In this document: piece after piece, positions 39,625 to 53,390 of the stretch
Layout: each line of letters opens with the position of its first letter
Position numbering within the stretch: position 1 is the first letter of the stretch
Assembly (NCBI GenBank): GCA_046563655.1
Contig: CM102289.1
Coordinates: 4,154,001-4,218,000 of the forward strand
Reading direction: 5' to 3'
Source: Yuukianura sp. NJ FZ-2021
Taxonomy: Eukaryota
DNA: 64,000 nt
Program-made: the position numbers and the translations under genes
The notes under the pieces: generated by a model
What the model was told of the DNA's origin: nothing
Databases searched by the model: none
The model's input: only the letters and a program-made list of their open reading frames with translations

Positions 39625-40290
39625 ATGGATCGCGTCATAGCCATAATTCTCCTACTGTCCACCGTTCATGGGTCAAGTTTTGTTCCTTCAATTGGACATC
39701 AATGGCCCTGGTTCCAGTGGACATCAACGACACCGCCACCTCCATCCACCGAAACACCCTCAAGTTCAGGCCAAAGTAATTGGCATCCAAACCCTCCTCC
39801 GCCTGCAGTCACTCCTTTACCACCTCTGGACAGTACCAATTACGTTATCGTCACAGATCCATCCGATGGACGTATTTTCTACATTCCCGCCAATCTTTTC
39901 TGGTCCAGATTCCCTGGACTCGGGGGTTCTGCAGTGAATCAACCTCCACCGTCGGATCCTTACCTTTGCGACGTTTCATCTCCAAAATGCTGGCAGTCGA
40001 GAACTCCGTCCCAGGGAACAGGGGTGAGACAAAGCGGATACTACAAGCCACCAGGATCATCGAATGTCATAGTAACTCCACAGAAAGAAAGGGAAAACCA
40101 ACCAAGAGATTACGACGACGGAACAAGTAGTGGTAGCGACGTCAATGCTCGGAGGGACCAAGGCGCATACGCAGATCAGGAAGCGAACTTCTACCCATGG
40201 CAAAGAGCTACACGAACTGAGGGAACAGGAATTGGTGGAAGCGGTATGTCCACGCGCTTGCAACAATACAAGAAGAGGATGTCGTCTTGA
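39625..40290 (+). CDS. Secreted Pro/Ser-rich low-complexity protein
   Basis: Signal peptide MDRVIAIILLLSTVHG and a 221-aa single ORF in a GC-richer block. Confidence 0.75.
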   Translation: MDRVIAIILLLSTVHGSSFVPSIGHQWPWFQWTSTTPPPPSTETPSSSGQSNWHPNPPPPAVTPLPPLDSTNYVIVTDPSDGRIFYIPANLFWSRFPGLGGSAVNQPPPSDPYLCDVSSPKCWQSRTPSQGTGVRQSGYYKPPGSSNVIVTPQKERENQPRDYDDGTSSGSDVNARRDQGAYADQEANFYPWQRATRTEGTGIGGSGMSTRLQQYKKRMSS

Positions 40291-41088
40291 ATTTCAAAAT
40301 TTGAACAACGTTTTGAAACAAATTGATTTAACCGGAACTTTTATAGGAAAATTCTATATTTTTTTTAGAGTTAACAATTAATTTTTAATACTTTGTGTCA
40401 GTATTTTCCAGATAATAAAATGAAATCTTTGTGATAATAAGTTAATAGGTAAATAAATTTTGTTTCAATTCTTTATACCATGCAGAATAAATAGAAATCT
40501 CGACTCTTTGTTTTTTACGATTCATGAAAAATCTGCAACTTTTTCCTGCTCTGCTTAATGGGAAAAGTGTTTAGAGTGATTGCGTCACACTTGACAGGTT
40601 ACCGTTGTTAGTTTATAGCAGTTTTGCACAATTATAAAGTGGATCATTTAAATCAAGTTATGCAACAATAATTATTGAAAAAAGTTTTGAAAATGGGAAA
40701 AATATTGTCTAACACCAGAAAATGTTGAAAACAAAATAAAACTACATTATGCGACACCTCTGCTTGTTAGATTTTTTTTAGAAAAGATGTTTGCATAAAA
40801 GCATTCTACGATTTGTGTCATACACTAGCATATTAGTTTTTCATAGAACACGTAACTAGCTTTCTATTTACTGTAAGTTAGTTGGAGACTAGTCTTTGTT
40901 TTTATTTATTCCAATTTATACAGTTACAGCGTATTTCCGTTGAGAGTGGTATTGTTGTAAAAGAATATAAATTAAACGTGCGGTTCAACTGACCAAATCA
41001 AACGCTTTCTACTTCTTGTTCAGTGACTTTCTTAAGCTTTGAGTTATTTTTTTAAGCCAAGTTGAGTTACTGTTATTAAAACCGTATA

Positions 41089-41694
41089 ATGAAGTTATTT
41101 TTCTTCATCCTCAGCATCACTTTGGCATTAGCACGGACCCGTAAGTTTCTTTCAACATTTACAACATATTTCGAACTTAAATTTAAAAATTTTTAAAATA
41201 AATTAAAAAAAATTATTAAAAGAAACTTTTTACATATTTTACACAATTTTTCAATATTCAGTTTGTTTTTGATTTTTTTTTTTTGAATTATAGGTGATAA
41301 TGGTATCGACTGGGCGAGAATTCGAACATTGGTTCAAGAAAATCAAAAAACAGTTGCACAATCTCTAGCATTTGTAGCGAAAGAGGCAGCGCGGGGAGAT
41401 CATGGAGTCGGAGAGCAAGTTGCGTATTATCTTAACCGTAAGCGAAAAGAGTCGCGTACTATATTCATGGAAGCATTAATGGGTGCGGAAGCCCAGACGC
41501 TAACACCCGAAATAGCGTTGAAGGGGCTCACTCGGTTGGAAAATTTCTTCGCCGACGTTGTACAACAAATTGAAGTTTATGCTGCAGATCTGCCACAAGC
41601 TAATGCTGCTGAAATTCAAGTCCGCCTGCTAATGATGATGGAAACGGCTGAAAGACTTTCAACCCAAGTCGTGACATTACTCAACAACGTCTAG
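41089..41694 (+). CDS. Small secreted helical protein, 2 exons (41089-41140, 41294-41694)
   Basis: MKLFFFILSITLALART-R-DNGIDWARIRTLVQENQK...; phase-1 gtaagt...tag intron. Confidence 0.75.
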
Positions 41695-42791
41695 GCTCTC
41701 GAACCATTTTTACGCAGTTGAACATATAAGATGCAGAAGGTAGTCAAGCACAAAACACGAAACCCTGTTCTTACAAGTAGTTCCTTGCCCAGAGAAAACA
41801 CGAAATTTCGATATTAATTATAGCTACTCATTATTTTTTTTTTGTAAAAAGCAATCTCAAAAATGTTGTTTGTAAACCATAAAATAAGAATTCGGCTACT
41901 GTAGCGTGTCGTGCCAAGCAAAGTATTAGAAAGTGGCGCCCATATTTTCAAAAGTATGTATAAAAAAAAGCAACTTTATATAACTTTAACTTAAACTGTA
42001 ACAGGATGCTCAACAAGAATTCCAAAACAATATTTCAAAGTCGTAACGTAAATTTCGTGGCGAAAGGGAATTTAAGTTAAGAAATGAAGGGTACAGAATG
42101 TGCGTACTGTCTGCTATCCCAATACAATGGCGACAAGTTGCGTACTTTTGTAACTTGAGTCTTACCTCCTCCTCAGAATTGTTTTATTCATGAATGATCT
42201 GAGTGATCTTTGTGACCTCGCTGCAGCGGGATTCTGAGCTTCCTCGATTTAAGCCTCCGAATTACATGGTCACAAATTGAGCTAAATAACAACGTGTTGT
42301 GAAGCAAGTAGTAGGCTATTAAGTATACAAGTAAAGTTTGAATGCAATTGGAAATGAACACCACGGGCACAAATACTACGTTTATCAGCGTTCCTATACT
42401 GCACATAATTTTAGTTCCAAGCAGGTATACGACTTACTAAGTTATTCAGTTGGATGGAAGTGGTTGTTTACTCGTAGCCTACGGAAACGCTGTTTCGTTA
42501 GAGTACTCTAATGTGTAAGCTGTCCCTTTGATTTTTCCTTTCAACTATATTTCTTGGGTTCTACGAATACAATGTCCGTCGTTTTGCCACAACTTCCCGG
42601 AGGGAAGTGGATGGCTGGATCAAAAACAGTTTGTAAAATCGCTTCTGTTTTGAGTTTTTCGAACCGGAGCATTTTAGTCATTTCCATGCGTTCACTAGTT
42701 TAAAAAGTTGAAAAGGTTACTATTTAAAGTTTAAATTTAAGTTAAGTATTAAAAATTAGCCTACAAAAATTAAATTAAATCAAAATTGAAT

Positions 42792-44035
42792 ATGAGAAGG
42801 GCAATATTATTCACAATAGTAATTGCATTGTCGCTTTCGTCAGACACTCTCTGCAGAAGGCCTACACAAAAGGTAAACTGTTTTCAAGTGTTATATTTCT
42901 TCATTAAATGGTCGGAATATAATTCCCATTGCACGACATTTCTCATTCGCAGGGTTATGAGTTCACAAAGGACGATGTGGAAACTGCAGAAAAATTACGT
43001 AGGTACAGTTTTGATCAAAGTTTGTATTATATGCAAAAACCATTTTTCAAATATTCAGTTCGATATTATTTCTCAGGTTTGGAAGATGATAGAGTTGAAG
43101 CAGAGCATGATATCATGAAGCCCGGAATGGCGAAGGGAACACAACCCTGGCCAGACGCAAAAGTCTTCTACTTTGTTCCCCAAAATGTGTTTTGTGCGTA
43201 CTCTTAAAAAAAATTTTTCTCAAAATTTTTAAATGTTTTATTTTCTTCAAAATTTTGGTACAATTTTCAGCGGCAATGGAAAGAGGAGCGATAGTGCGAG
43301 CTTTTTGTGAAATCGAAAAAGTTTCGTGCGTGCGCTTTATTCCAGTTTCGGAACTCCCATACACTGGTAACTACGTTTACTTCCAACGCGGGAAACCAGG
43401 CGAATGCACCAGTTACGTTGGAATGATCGGTGGAAAACAGGACTTGACTCTAGAGCACATGCTCAAACCAAACGAAATTGCAGAAAAATGCTTCCGAGGC
43501 TACGGGAATGTCATTCATGAACTCATTCATGCCATTGGTTCTTGGCACGAACATGCAAGACTCGACCGAGCAAAATATGTTAACATTTCGGAATCTGCTA
43601 TTTTCAGGGGTACGAGATTAACTATGAAAATTAATTTTCTTGAGCTAAGTTTATAACATTATAGCATACCTACATAAGTCATGTTTTTAAATTTTCTCAA
43701 ATGTACAAGAACCTGCGAATTATGCCGTTCAAAATCCACCGACTCAAAATTACGGTGGTGAAAATCAGGATCCGGGCTATGATTTGGATTCAATTATGCA
43801 CTATGGCACAGTTGCAGGAAAGTTGATTGCAAGGGATAGGGACCACACTCCGCGCATTGGTCAACGGAAACTTATTAGCCCGGTAATTTTTAAGTTAACT
43901 ACTGTTTTGTTATGATGATTCCAAAAAAAATTTTTTTGAGTAGTATGTATGAAATTTTAGAAAGACGTGGAAAAACTTCGAAGCTGGAACAAGTGTACTA
44001 CAAGACCAATTCCGCCCCTATCTAAATACTGCTGA
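42792..44035 (+). CDS. Astacin (M12A) zinc metalloprotease, about 6 exons
   Basis: Signal peptide, HELIHAIGSWHEHARLDR zinc motif, Met-turn YDLDSIMHYG, and IGQRKLISP/KDVEKL C-terminus. Confidence 0.92.
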
Positions 44036-44373
44036 TTGAATTTCCAATAGTAGTTCTGAATTTAAAAAACTTTTCCGAAGGAAAGTAGTTTACATATTAT
44101 AAATTGACATAATGTGAAATCCTAAAATACTTTGCTGTTTTTTCCTCATAGTTTTAAAGAAATTATATCATTAAGCTATTAAAGTCAATCAATACAGAAC
44201 AGAAATTATGCTTTCAAAGTTTGCTTTTTTTTTATTTTCACGCATTTGAGCATGTTTTGAGCCAATGGTTTAGATACACACAGCATTCTGGAAAATTCAG
44301 ACTGCGCATGCTCTGAGAACATTCAGACAGAGGAAACAAGATGGATCATAATACAGATGCAGGCAAGGTCCAT

Positions 44374-45828
44374 TTAAACAACGGTTTGCGTGGGGTAGAC
44401 GACTGGGGTGTTGAGGAATTGGGTTCCCACGGTGTTGGTGTAGGTGTATGGAGTTCCGAAGGTGTTGGTGTAGGTGAATGGGGTTCCAACAGTGTTGGTG
44501 TAGGTGTATGGGGTTCCTACGGTGTTGGTGAAGGTCGTTTGTGGTTGTGTGTAGTAGATTCCCTGAGTCGTTGGGACGTTGTAGAAGAATGGAAGAGCCT
44601 TAACATTCTGAAATTTTTAATTAAAAAAAGAATTAAGATTTTGCATGTTAACCGACTCTAAGAAAACGTTGCAAATAATTTGAAACAAAACGCGCCATAC
44701 CTTGTTGGTGTTGTAGTTGAATGTGGTTGGGATTTGAACATAGTTGGCATTGCGGCGAATTCGGGATGGAATGAGTTCCTCCATCTTGGTTTGGAGAAGA
44801 GCGAATTCCTCTGGAGTCATGGTCATCTTGTTGATGTTCATCTTGTTCATCATCTTTTCCAAGTAGATCTTCTTGAGGAGATCGTCCTTGACAATTGTGT
44901 CCTTCATCATCTCGACTGGGCTCTCTTCAATCATGATCTTCTCCTTCAAGATCTAAGAAACAAAATTGAAAAATTTAAATTCCAGATTGAATTTTTTAAA
45001 TTGTTGGCTGTTCAAACATGTGGGATGTAAAACGCACCTTGTCAATTGGGTTGACAATGGTTTGGGTTGGGACTGGAATTTTGACTTCCGTCTTGACCTC
45101 GGTGACCTCTTCTGGCTTGTTGACGTTCATGAACGTGTTCTTCATGACCTTATCCCAGTAGAGTCCCTGGACGTTCATTTCCTTCTGGACAAAGTCTCCT
45201 CCAAGAACCTTGCGGACCAACTCATCGTAGTTGTTGGTTGGAAGGACCTGGGTGGGGTACATCTTGTTGAACCAGGTCAAGGGTGTGACCATTGGGGTTT
45301 GGACGTTGGTGTTGAATACTTGTGGGTAGATGTACTTGTAGAAGAGGACTTGGTTCTGGAAGAACGTGGGGAAGAGTGGGTGGGTCCAGTAGGTCTGGAA
45401 CTGGGTGGTGGTCAAGTAGTGTTGGAAGAGTGGGTGGGTGAAGTGGGCCTTGAAGAGGGGGATGTTGTAGTAGACCTGGAAGAGTGGGTGCTGGATCAGT
45501 TCCTGGAGGGTCAGGACGTTGTTCCATTCACCGTTCAGTTTCCAGTTCATTCCAGTTTCTGTCAGAAGCGGGTTGCGCATGATTTGGGTCTTGACCGGGA
45601 TGTTTTCGAAGGTCTGGCCAAAGGCACAGACAGCCAAGAGAGCAACTCCGATCTAAAAATAGAAATTATGGAAATTTAAAATTCTGTTTTAAAATCGCTT
45701 TGGAAAAAGTCGGAATTCCAGGATTTAGATTTCTTTAATGAATTTATATTTTTGAAATTCTTAATTCTAATTTTGTTTAATTCAAATTCGAACGCAGTTT
45801 TTATTTGGAGACTTACGATAGCCTTCAT
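44374..45828 (-). CDS. Secreted structural-type protein with HPLF aromatic repeats, RIRR furin site and TYTNTVGTP repeats, 4 exons (45828-45817, 45652-45038, 44952-44701, 44607-44374)
   Basis: MKAI/IGVALLAVCAFG signal, phase-0 introns, strongly C/G-ending codons, and TATAAATA at about 45921-45928 on the minus strand. Confidence 0.85.
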
Positions 45829-46744
45829 GTTGATCTGACAGTAGGGACCTTGAAGCAGGGACAGCGACTGAAGAGAGCGAAGAAGAGAAGTGATGATGAC
45901 AGTTGGATGCTGGACATGCCTATTTATACAAAATCTAATTCGGAAAAATCTGAAGGAAGATCAGTTTCTCATGTCCAGATTAATTAAAACCGGGTTTGAG
46001 GGTGCCCTTTACCATTCTGTGTCCAGTCGAGTGTGGTCGGGTGCCCATGGAAACAGGGCAAGGACAGTGAAGGATTTGGATTTATTCCCAAGAGAAAAAC
46101 CGGTTTCCATTTCACGTGTCTCCAACGAGGTTCAATGATGACCTTGTCCTGACCCGGGCCAAGATTGAAGAAAAGTCTCAATTTTTATTACAATTCGAAT
46201 TCGCACCCGGTAACAAAAAAAAATGCCAAAAAAACTGCCAAAGTTGCAAAAGGGCAAAACCGTGCGGTGATAACTTTGAGATTAATCTTTTTCCTTCAAT
46301 GTGGAATAGCCTCAAGCCATCATTGTTCTTTGCATGATTTTTGTTTAAAAAAAATACAAATGCAGTATTATAGTAAAGCATAGGCGCCATAAGTTCGTAA
46401 CATAATAAGAATATAACTAGAAATTTTTGAACTTCTGGATTAATTTAGACTGTTTCCAGCGATTATTTATCGGGCGATCTTTTGTGAGAAAATATATTTC
46501 TAACTTTCTATTCCTGCATTGCATTTTTCAAAATGCATTTTTAGATTTAAGCTTAACATTTATGAAAATTCGGTTTCCCACTCTTTAATTGAGAAGCCTA
46601 CTTCGTCTATTCAATTACGCTAATCGTTGAAGTTAGGCATAAATTACTATATAAATATGGCGCCTGAAAATCGGGTTCATTAAAAAAAGTTCCACAAACT
46701 GTGTTCTAGAACTTTTATCCAAAAATTTTGAAAACTTTGGCATC

Positions 46745-47069
46745 ATGGTTACTGCACTATTCGTAGCACTTTGTGCTCTTGGAATTTTCGTTTTAGTAGA
46801 ATCCCAATCACCATCGGAATACGATTATGGTGCGTATAGTATTAGTAAAAGTGAACAAACGCAACTTCGTTACTAAATAAAATTAGTCTTTTACTGCCAG
46901 CATTGATTTTTGTTTGTATTGCACAGTGCCTAACTGTTCCATCTTTGAGCCTCTTGACGCATGTACTATGGATTTTCAACCTTACCACTGTAACAACCGT
47001 TTGGAGTTGGCCTGCAAACATGGAAAGAGGTGTTGCTTGGATGACTGCGGAAAGTACAACTGCTACTAA
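46745..47069 (+). CDS. Single WAP (four-disulfide core)-like secreted peptide, 2 exons (46745-46829, 46927-47069)
   Basis: MVTALFVALCALGIFVLVES-QSPSEYDYVPNCSIFEPLDACTMDFQPYHCNNRLELACKHGKRCCLDDCGKYNCY*, with 8 Cys and the C..CC...CG..C pattern. TATA at about 46648. Confidence 0.8.
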
Positions 47070-47623
47070 CTGAAAGCGGCTTCCAAGTGATCGATATGAC
47101 CAGTAAATCGTACATCGCAATAAATTTACTAATTCCTTGGCCAAAAAAAAGAAAGTTAGCTGTAATACTTAAGGTTAAATATATAAATTCAATTCTTAAA
47201 TAAATACTTAAATACATACTGTAAGTACAATAGATTTGTCAGAACTAAGATTCGTTTGCATAATTTATGTATTGTGTGAATCGTTCTACTTTGGTTTGGC
47301 GGATTGCAACATTTTCCAAAATGAAAAAAAAAATCAGCCTTGTTGACTTTGTGAAAAAGTCAAGGTTGCAGAAAAAGAGAGACGAAACTTGAGTTTCATT
47401 TCTCTTTTTCTGTGGCCTACAGACAGACATTTTTGAATTCAGCATAAACCTAAATTTTATCAGAGCGCAATAACCACAATCGAAAAGTAATGAGAACAAC
47501 CATAAACGTTCACTCCTTTTCGCAAATGGGAGCATCTCCGTTAAACTTTTATTATTGAATATACATGTAATGATGGTTGAAGAAGAAAGGAAGTATTGGA
47601 AAATAATTGTGTCGATTGACGTT

Positions 47624-50396
47624 TTAAAGGAGTCCTTTGCTGAGTAGGAAGGGAGTTAACGAAGGTTCTCTCCCGAGGAAGTTTTTGAGCAATTCCATTC
47701 CGTCAAGAGCACCGCCAGGTTGCAAAATGCACTCGCGGTAACGCTTTCCAGCCACCGGATTCAGAACACCATCTTTGCTAAAGATGGTGTCAAACATGTC
47801 TTGACTGTACACAAGACTCCACTTCAAAAGAAAAACAAAACAAACTTAATTGCGTTCATAGAAATATTTGCTAGCAAACGTAAAAAACGACTTACCATAT
47901 AGCTGTAATATCTAGCGTCGTAACCTCCAGCTAAATGTGAAAAACTGGCTAAAGTATTTGTTCCTGGCGTAACGTCCAAGCCCATTATTTCCTAAAGAAA
48001 GCAAAATTGTACAAAAGATCTAGAGTGCTGCTGTATTCATCTAACCTTGGAGGTTTCTCTAAATGTGTCCAGTGGCTCAAAATCGTCGGGGTAATCAATT
48101 GTGTTATGAAGTCTTTGATCGGTTATTGCGTAAACAATTTGTCTAAGCGACATTGACCCTGCATCCTTGGCCTTTGACTTCACTAAACTCTGGATCATGT
48201 CTTCCGGTAAAGGTGCTCCAGTCTGAAAGAGCAAATAATTAAACATGTAATGAACTTACACCTACGCAGAGCCGCATTAAACATCATTTTTAGCTTTAGC
48301 TTTAGGGCAAATCACCTTGAAATGCTTGGACATAAGCTGGAGTGACTCCTTTTGGTAGCACCAATTCTCCAACATTTGCGATGGTGCTTCAAGGAAATCA
48401 CTCTGAACCGAAGTTCCGTGAAACAACGGTGTCTCTGCTTTGGAGCACAAATGATGCATCGCGTGTCCAAACTCATGAAACAGCGTTTCAACATCATTGT
48501 GACTCAAAAGCGAAGGAGTGTCAGCCACTGGTCTTGGAAAGTTGCAAATGAGAACTACGGCCGATATTATTCGTTGCCCCATGCTGTCCAGGCAACCTTG
48601 TTGTATGGGTAGGCAGCAAGCATGGCCATACTTCCCTGCTCGAGGGAATAGGTCGAGGTAGAAGTATCCAAGCCTTTCGCCCGTCTCGGCATCATCAACT
48701 TGGTGCTAAACATTAAACAATGTTTTTAAGCTTTAAGTTAGATTTAAATCCTGCAATTTGAACTAACTAAAACGAACTTACGACGGTAACGTCAGAATGC
48801 CACGCTTCTGCGTCCGCAACAGCACTGAACTTGAGCCCTAGAAGTTTCTGATAAATAAGTAGCATACCATCCAGTACAACTTGAAGTGGGAAATACTGCT
48901 TCAGTAAATCAGTATTCAAGGAAAACTTTTCTTCCGTCATTAAATGAAAGTAGTGAGCGAGATCCCATCGGTTCAATTTTCCATCAAATTCAATGCCGAG
49001 TTCGGAGCACTACAGTTCAAAAAGTAAAATCAAGTGAATCGGTGATAGACAATAATTCTAATCTTGAACTTACCTCTTTTTCCTTAAGTTTGAGCATTTC
49101 GGCCTGTTCGGCGTGGTAATGAGTAGAGAAGTTTGGCAGAAGCTTCTGGAAGAAGGATTCAACTTTGCTCGGATTCTCCGCCATTAGAATCTCTTGAACA
49201 TAGGCAGCATGAGACGGATATCCCAAAACTTTGGCATGCTCGGCACGTAGGAGTATTAACTTTTTAAGAATTTCGCTGTTTGCTGGAGTACAGCGAGAAC
49301 TGAAACGAAATTCCAGCTCACGCCTTGTTTCTGGTACGGTACATTTTTCCATAAGAGGTATGTAGTCGGGGTACTTTAAGGTCACAATGAACTTTCCGGT
49401 CTCGGGATCCTGAATCAAATCGCCAGCTCAACACTTTTTACTAAATTTGTTTTTAACTTGTACTAGTTGATACCTTTTTAAGGCCAGTAATAAATTCTGC
49501 ATCCATCCCACGTAGTTCTGTTTCATCGAACTGCAGCAATGTATTTTCTTCATTGAAGTTCTTCTGGAATTCGAGGGAAAGAGCGGACATTTCCTTTTGA
49601 ATAGACTTAACTTTCCGTTGCACTTCTTCACTTTGCTCAAGGCCTAGTTAAATCATGGACATCTGGTTAAGTTAAATTTAGCATTTGCAGTTACAATGAT
49701 TGATTGTAACGAAAGTGGTGAATTATACTAACCATTTCGACGACCTACGAGAAGAAGTTTTTCTAAACACTTGCGAAGCTCAGCCTTCAACTTATCTGGG
49801 TTTGACTTCACAACGTTTTGGTATTCAACCAGCTTGTCATACACGTCCCTTCGCATTTCCAAATTCACAAATGCATCAGCCAAGATTCCTTGAAGTCGAG
49901 TGGACGTCGACCGTATTTCTTCAGATTCCGAAACAAAGGAAGCAGTAGGGAACAAGGATCCCACTGTTCCCCGTTTTCCATAGATCCTGACACACTCCAA
50001 TCGTGGCTACAAAATGAGTCCAAATGACGTGAATTCATAGTTAAGGTTGTCTCAAAGTACGTACGAGTTAGTAAGTTCAACACTAAATTAAATACATTTG
50101 AAGAGTGTGTTACAACTAACCTTGAGAACAGTTTCATAAGAAACTGTATCGGCAGAAGCAATGTCATCCGCAAACTTCTGAATAAATCCAACTGCTTCAT
50201 TACATTCATCTTCTAAATCCTTGACAGTGTATTTCCGGAGATCCCAATTACGAAGAACACCTTCCGGACGGATTGAAACGGACATGTTCACATGTAATTT
50301 TGATTCGACGTTTGAGCTCAACTGCCTTGTCTTAGCAAGAAGGGGTCGCACTCTTGGTACTAAAACTACGGAAAGGAATCTTTTAACTAATTGCAT
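47624..50396 (-). CDS. Thimet oligopeptidase / neurolysin-like M3A metallopeptidase, multi-exon
   Basis: [46 protein letters not shown] and FLGREP motifs across exons. Confidence 0.95.
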
Positions 50397-50773
50397 TAAT
50401 CGATTAATTTGAATTCGCCGAGGAAAGAATTAGTACTACTTAAATCTTAAATGACACTAAACTTACTACCGTCCGTCAGCTGTTTAGCGGTACGGTTGGT
50501 GAATTAAGGTTGAAAGAACGCTACATCGCATTGGTTGTAACCACGTATTGTTGCTATTTTCAAATTCAATCGATTTACTGAAAACATAAACCGTTGTAAA
50601 CGCCGCCGTATATAAGTAGCGAAATGTAGACTATAAAATGTACAATAGTATTTAATTGTTGTAGATGCAAAGAACTTGAGCATCTGTAGTTATATAATTT
50701 CCAATGGTTGCGACGTTCTTTGAAAAATTAAATATACATTGTCATAAAGCAATTGAATTAACTGTACATTCAA

Positions 50774-50937
50774 CGGTTCGATGCCAGTGTTTCAAATGAA
50801 TTGTTTCTAACGGAAAAGTTTCTAAAAATTACTTCTAAAAAACCTATCCTTTAACACATTACAAATAAAGTTTTTGGAAACTATCCTCCTTTGCATAATG
50901 TAATGCAATTTATTTTAGTACCTATGGCGTGCTCCCT
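50774..50937. mobile_element. Small palindromic MITE-like element, copy 2
   Basis: Homologous to 7765-7918. Confidence 0.55.
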
Positions 50938-51205
50938 TCAACGGTGCGGAGAAGTGCGCAGTGCGCTGTGTTGAATAGTAGTAGGGGAGAAATTAATTGC
51001 GCCTGTACATTAGGTTATGTTACAAAAATTGATTTGCGATCTTTAAGCCTTTAATTTGTATGGAACTGTGTATGTAATTTACAACATAGCTAGAATGTCT
51101 ATTTTTGGACGTACATTAACATTAGCCTAACTCCTCATTAATCACGTGACTGATAGAATTACGTCAAATGCCAATTTTTGTTTTAAACCAGAACTGTTGT
51201 TCGCA

Positions 51206-53390
51206 CTATTTCTGCCTGTCTTTTAAAATTAAATGAAATGGTTTTGGTGCTAGGATAAGACGGAGTTCCGAGTCCAGACCGTTATTCGGTCCAGTGTGGT
51301 CAAACTCTACAGCGAACCGCTGGAAAATGTTGGTTGTGAACAGAAACAAGTTAGCTCGTGCCAGCGATTCACCCAAACACTGTCTTCGTCCATAACTAAA
51401 CGGCATAAGAGCTTCGTGCTTCTGAAATGTTTTTCCGTCTTTGCTTAGGAATCGTTCTGGACGAAAGTTTTCAGGATCACCCCAAACTTCGGGGTCGAAA
51501 TGGATGAAATATAAGTTCGGGAAGATAATGGCCCCCTTGGGGAAGTTGTATCCTTTGTACTCTGTGTCACTCATTACGCGATGTGGAAGACTCACCGGGA
51601 CAATGCTGGAGTAACGAAGTGTTTCTGCAATTACAGCTTCCGTGTACGGCATTCTGCAAGGAAACAAAATACGGTTAAGAATTTGCATATAATTGGTCGT
51701 GCGTCGACTAGTTTTCTTCTTTTAATTTTGCAAGAACATATATTTCAAAAGTGCTAAAAATTTTGCATACTTTGACCGATCTGAAAGGGCGCAAGGTCGT
51801 GTATTTCCAGTCACCAACTCAATTTCTGCTTGCAGTTTCTGCTGAACTTCTGGATGTTGCGTCAAATAAATCATCATCCAGGAGAGGGTAGATGATGTCG
51901 TATCGGAACCCGCAAAATACAAATCCGATAAAACACTCGTCAAGTTTTCAACTGAAATTTTTTGTGTTTAAAAAAATTCATTTTGTGTTACATTTTAATG
52001 AAATTTGGATGCTTGGTTTAAGTCACCTCCTAATTTTCCATAGAATGCGGACTTGGGATTCGTTGTGGCATAAGCTTCTTTCAAAAAGGCTTCAGAAAAA
52101 TCTCTGCAACAATACTTAGGCTGAAGCACCAATGAATATGAAAATTCCACAATTATTTCGCGGGTTTTTTCTTTAACACTTACCTTACGTAGTTTTCAGA
52201 ATATGTTTTGACATGTCCATCAACTTGTTCTTGAAACACTGCAGCAAATTCGCGAAAAACTTGTTGTATTTTTGAAAATCCAGAAAATTTTGGAAAGAAT
52301 TCTGGAAGTCCTGGAACAAGGAACATGTAGCCCCGCTTTTCAACTACTTCAGCAACCACGCTAAAATTTTCAACAAAATTACAATCTTTAACGAAGAGCA
52401 TGGTTATAACCACGTGCCTTAAATCATGTATTCAGTCAGCGTCTGAATTCCCGCATGGAGAAAAATATTCCTTACGTATCGACTTTTTCCGAAAGTTTCA
52501 GAACTTTTGCATCATCCTGCTTGTATCGACTTCCGGTTGCTATGAACCAAAGTGCGTTAACGACGGCGAGCAACAGTCGTTCCTTGATGTTCGTCACAGG
52601 ACTGTTTCCCAATTCCGCCAAAGTTTGAATAAGGTCATTCACCTCTATCATAATAGATTCTTCCATTGAGTTCTTTCCAAAACCAAAGTCACGCAGTTGA
52701 CGTAAAGTAAAGTGTCGGAGTTCTTCCCAATGCGCGCCATCTGTGGACACAATGCCTGAAAACCACACGGCAATGTTCAATTAGTTTTAATTTTCAATAT
52801 TTTAAGCGTGTATTTAGCTAGTTGTAAGTTCACTTTTGCTTCGATATGTAGAGTAATGTAATTTTTCTATACCTCGCCGCTTCCCGTCAAGCAAAATATC
52901 AACAAAAGGAGTCTCCGGCCGACCGCTAAAAGCCGACTGAGAAAAAATTTCTTTAACCATTTTATAGTCTGAAATGACGATTTGTCTGTTTAGAAAAAAA
53001 AATATATTAGAAATTGTTTAGAAAAAAAAATGTATCAGAAATTGTTTAGAAAAATGTTGTAGAATTAGCATGTGTTTAGTATACCGGCTTTTGAGGAATC
53101 TTAATTTAAAAATTGGTCCATATTTTTTGGCCCACTTATTGAAAGTGACGTGCTGAAATTTATCCACTTGGAACATATTTCCAAAGACAGGAATACCAGG
53201 AGGACCTAGTTGACGGGTATTTGTTGCAATTACAGAAATTTCCAAAGCCAAATGTAAAAACAAAATTTGAATTCATTTTAGTGTATTTAAGTAAACCTGG
53301 TGGTGACTTTTCCCATTTGTTTTTTGTTAGGTCCAGAAGAACAACAAACGCAAGTACAGAAGCAACGCCAATCAAAATTAACAGAAACAT
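51206..53390 (-). CDS. Cytochrome P450, CYP2 clan, multi-exon
   Basis: TM anchor plus [38 protein letters not shown] and [10 protein letters not shown]. Confidence 0.95.

Noticed and set aside
40150..40290. NFYPWQR as a kinin-like neuropeptide
   Set aside because: Lacks the FxxWG-amide Gly and repeated copies.
44341..45679. Plus-strand ORFs of 106-237 aa
   Set aside because: Antisense shadows of the codon-biased minus-strand gene.
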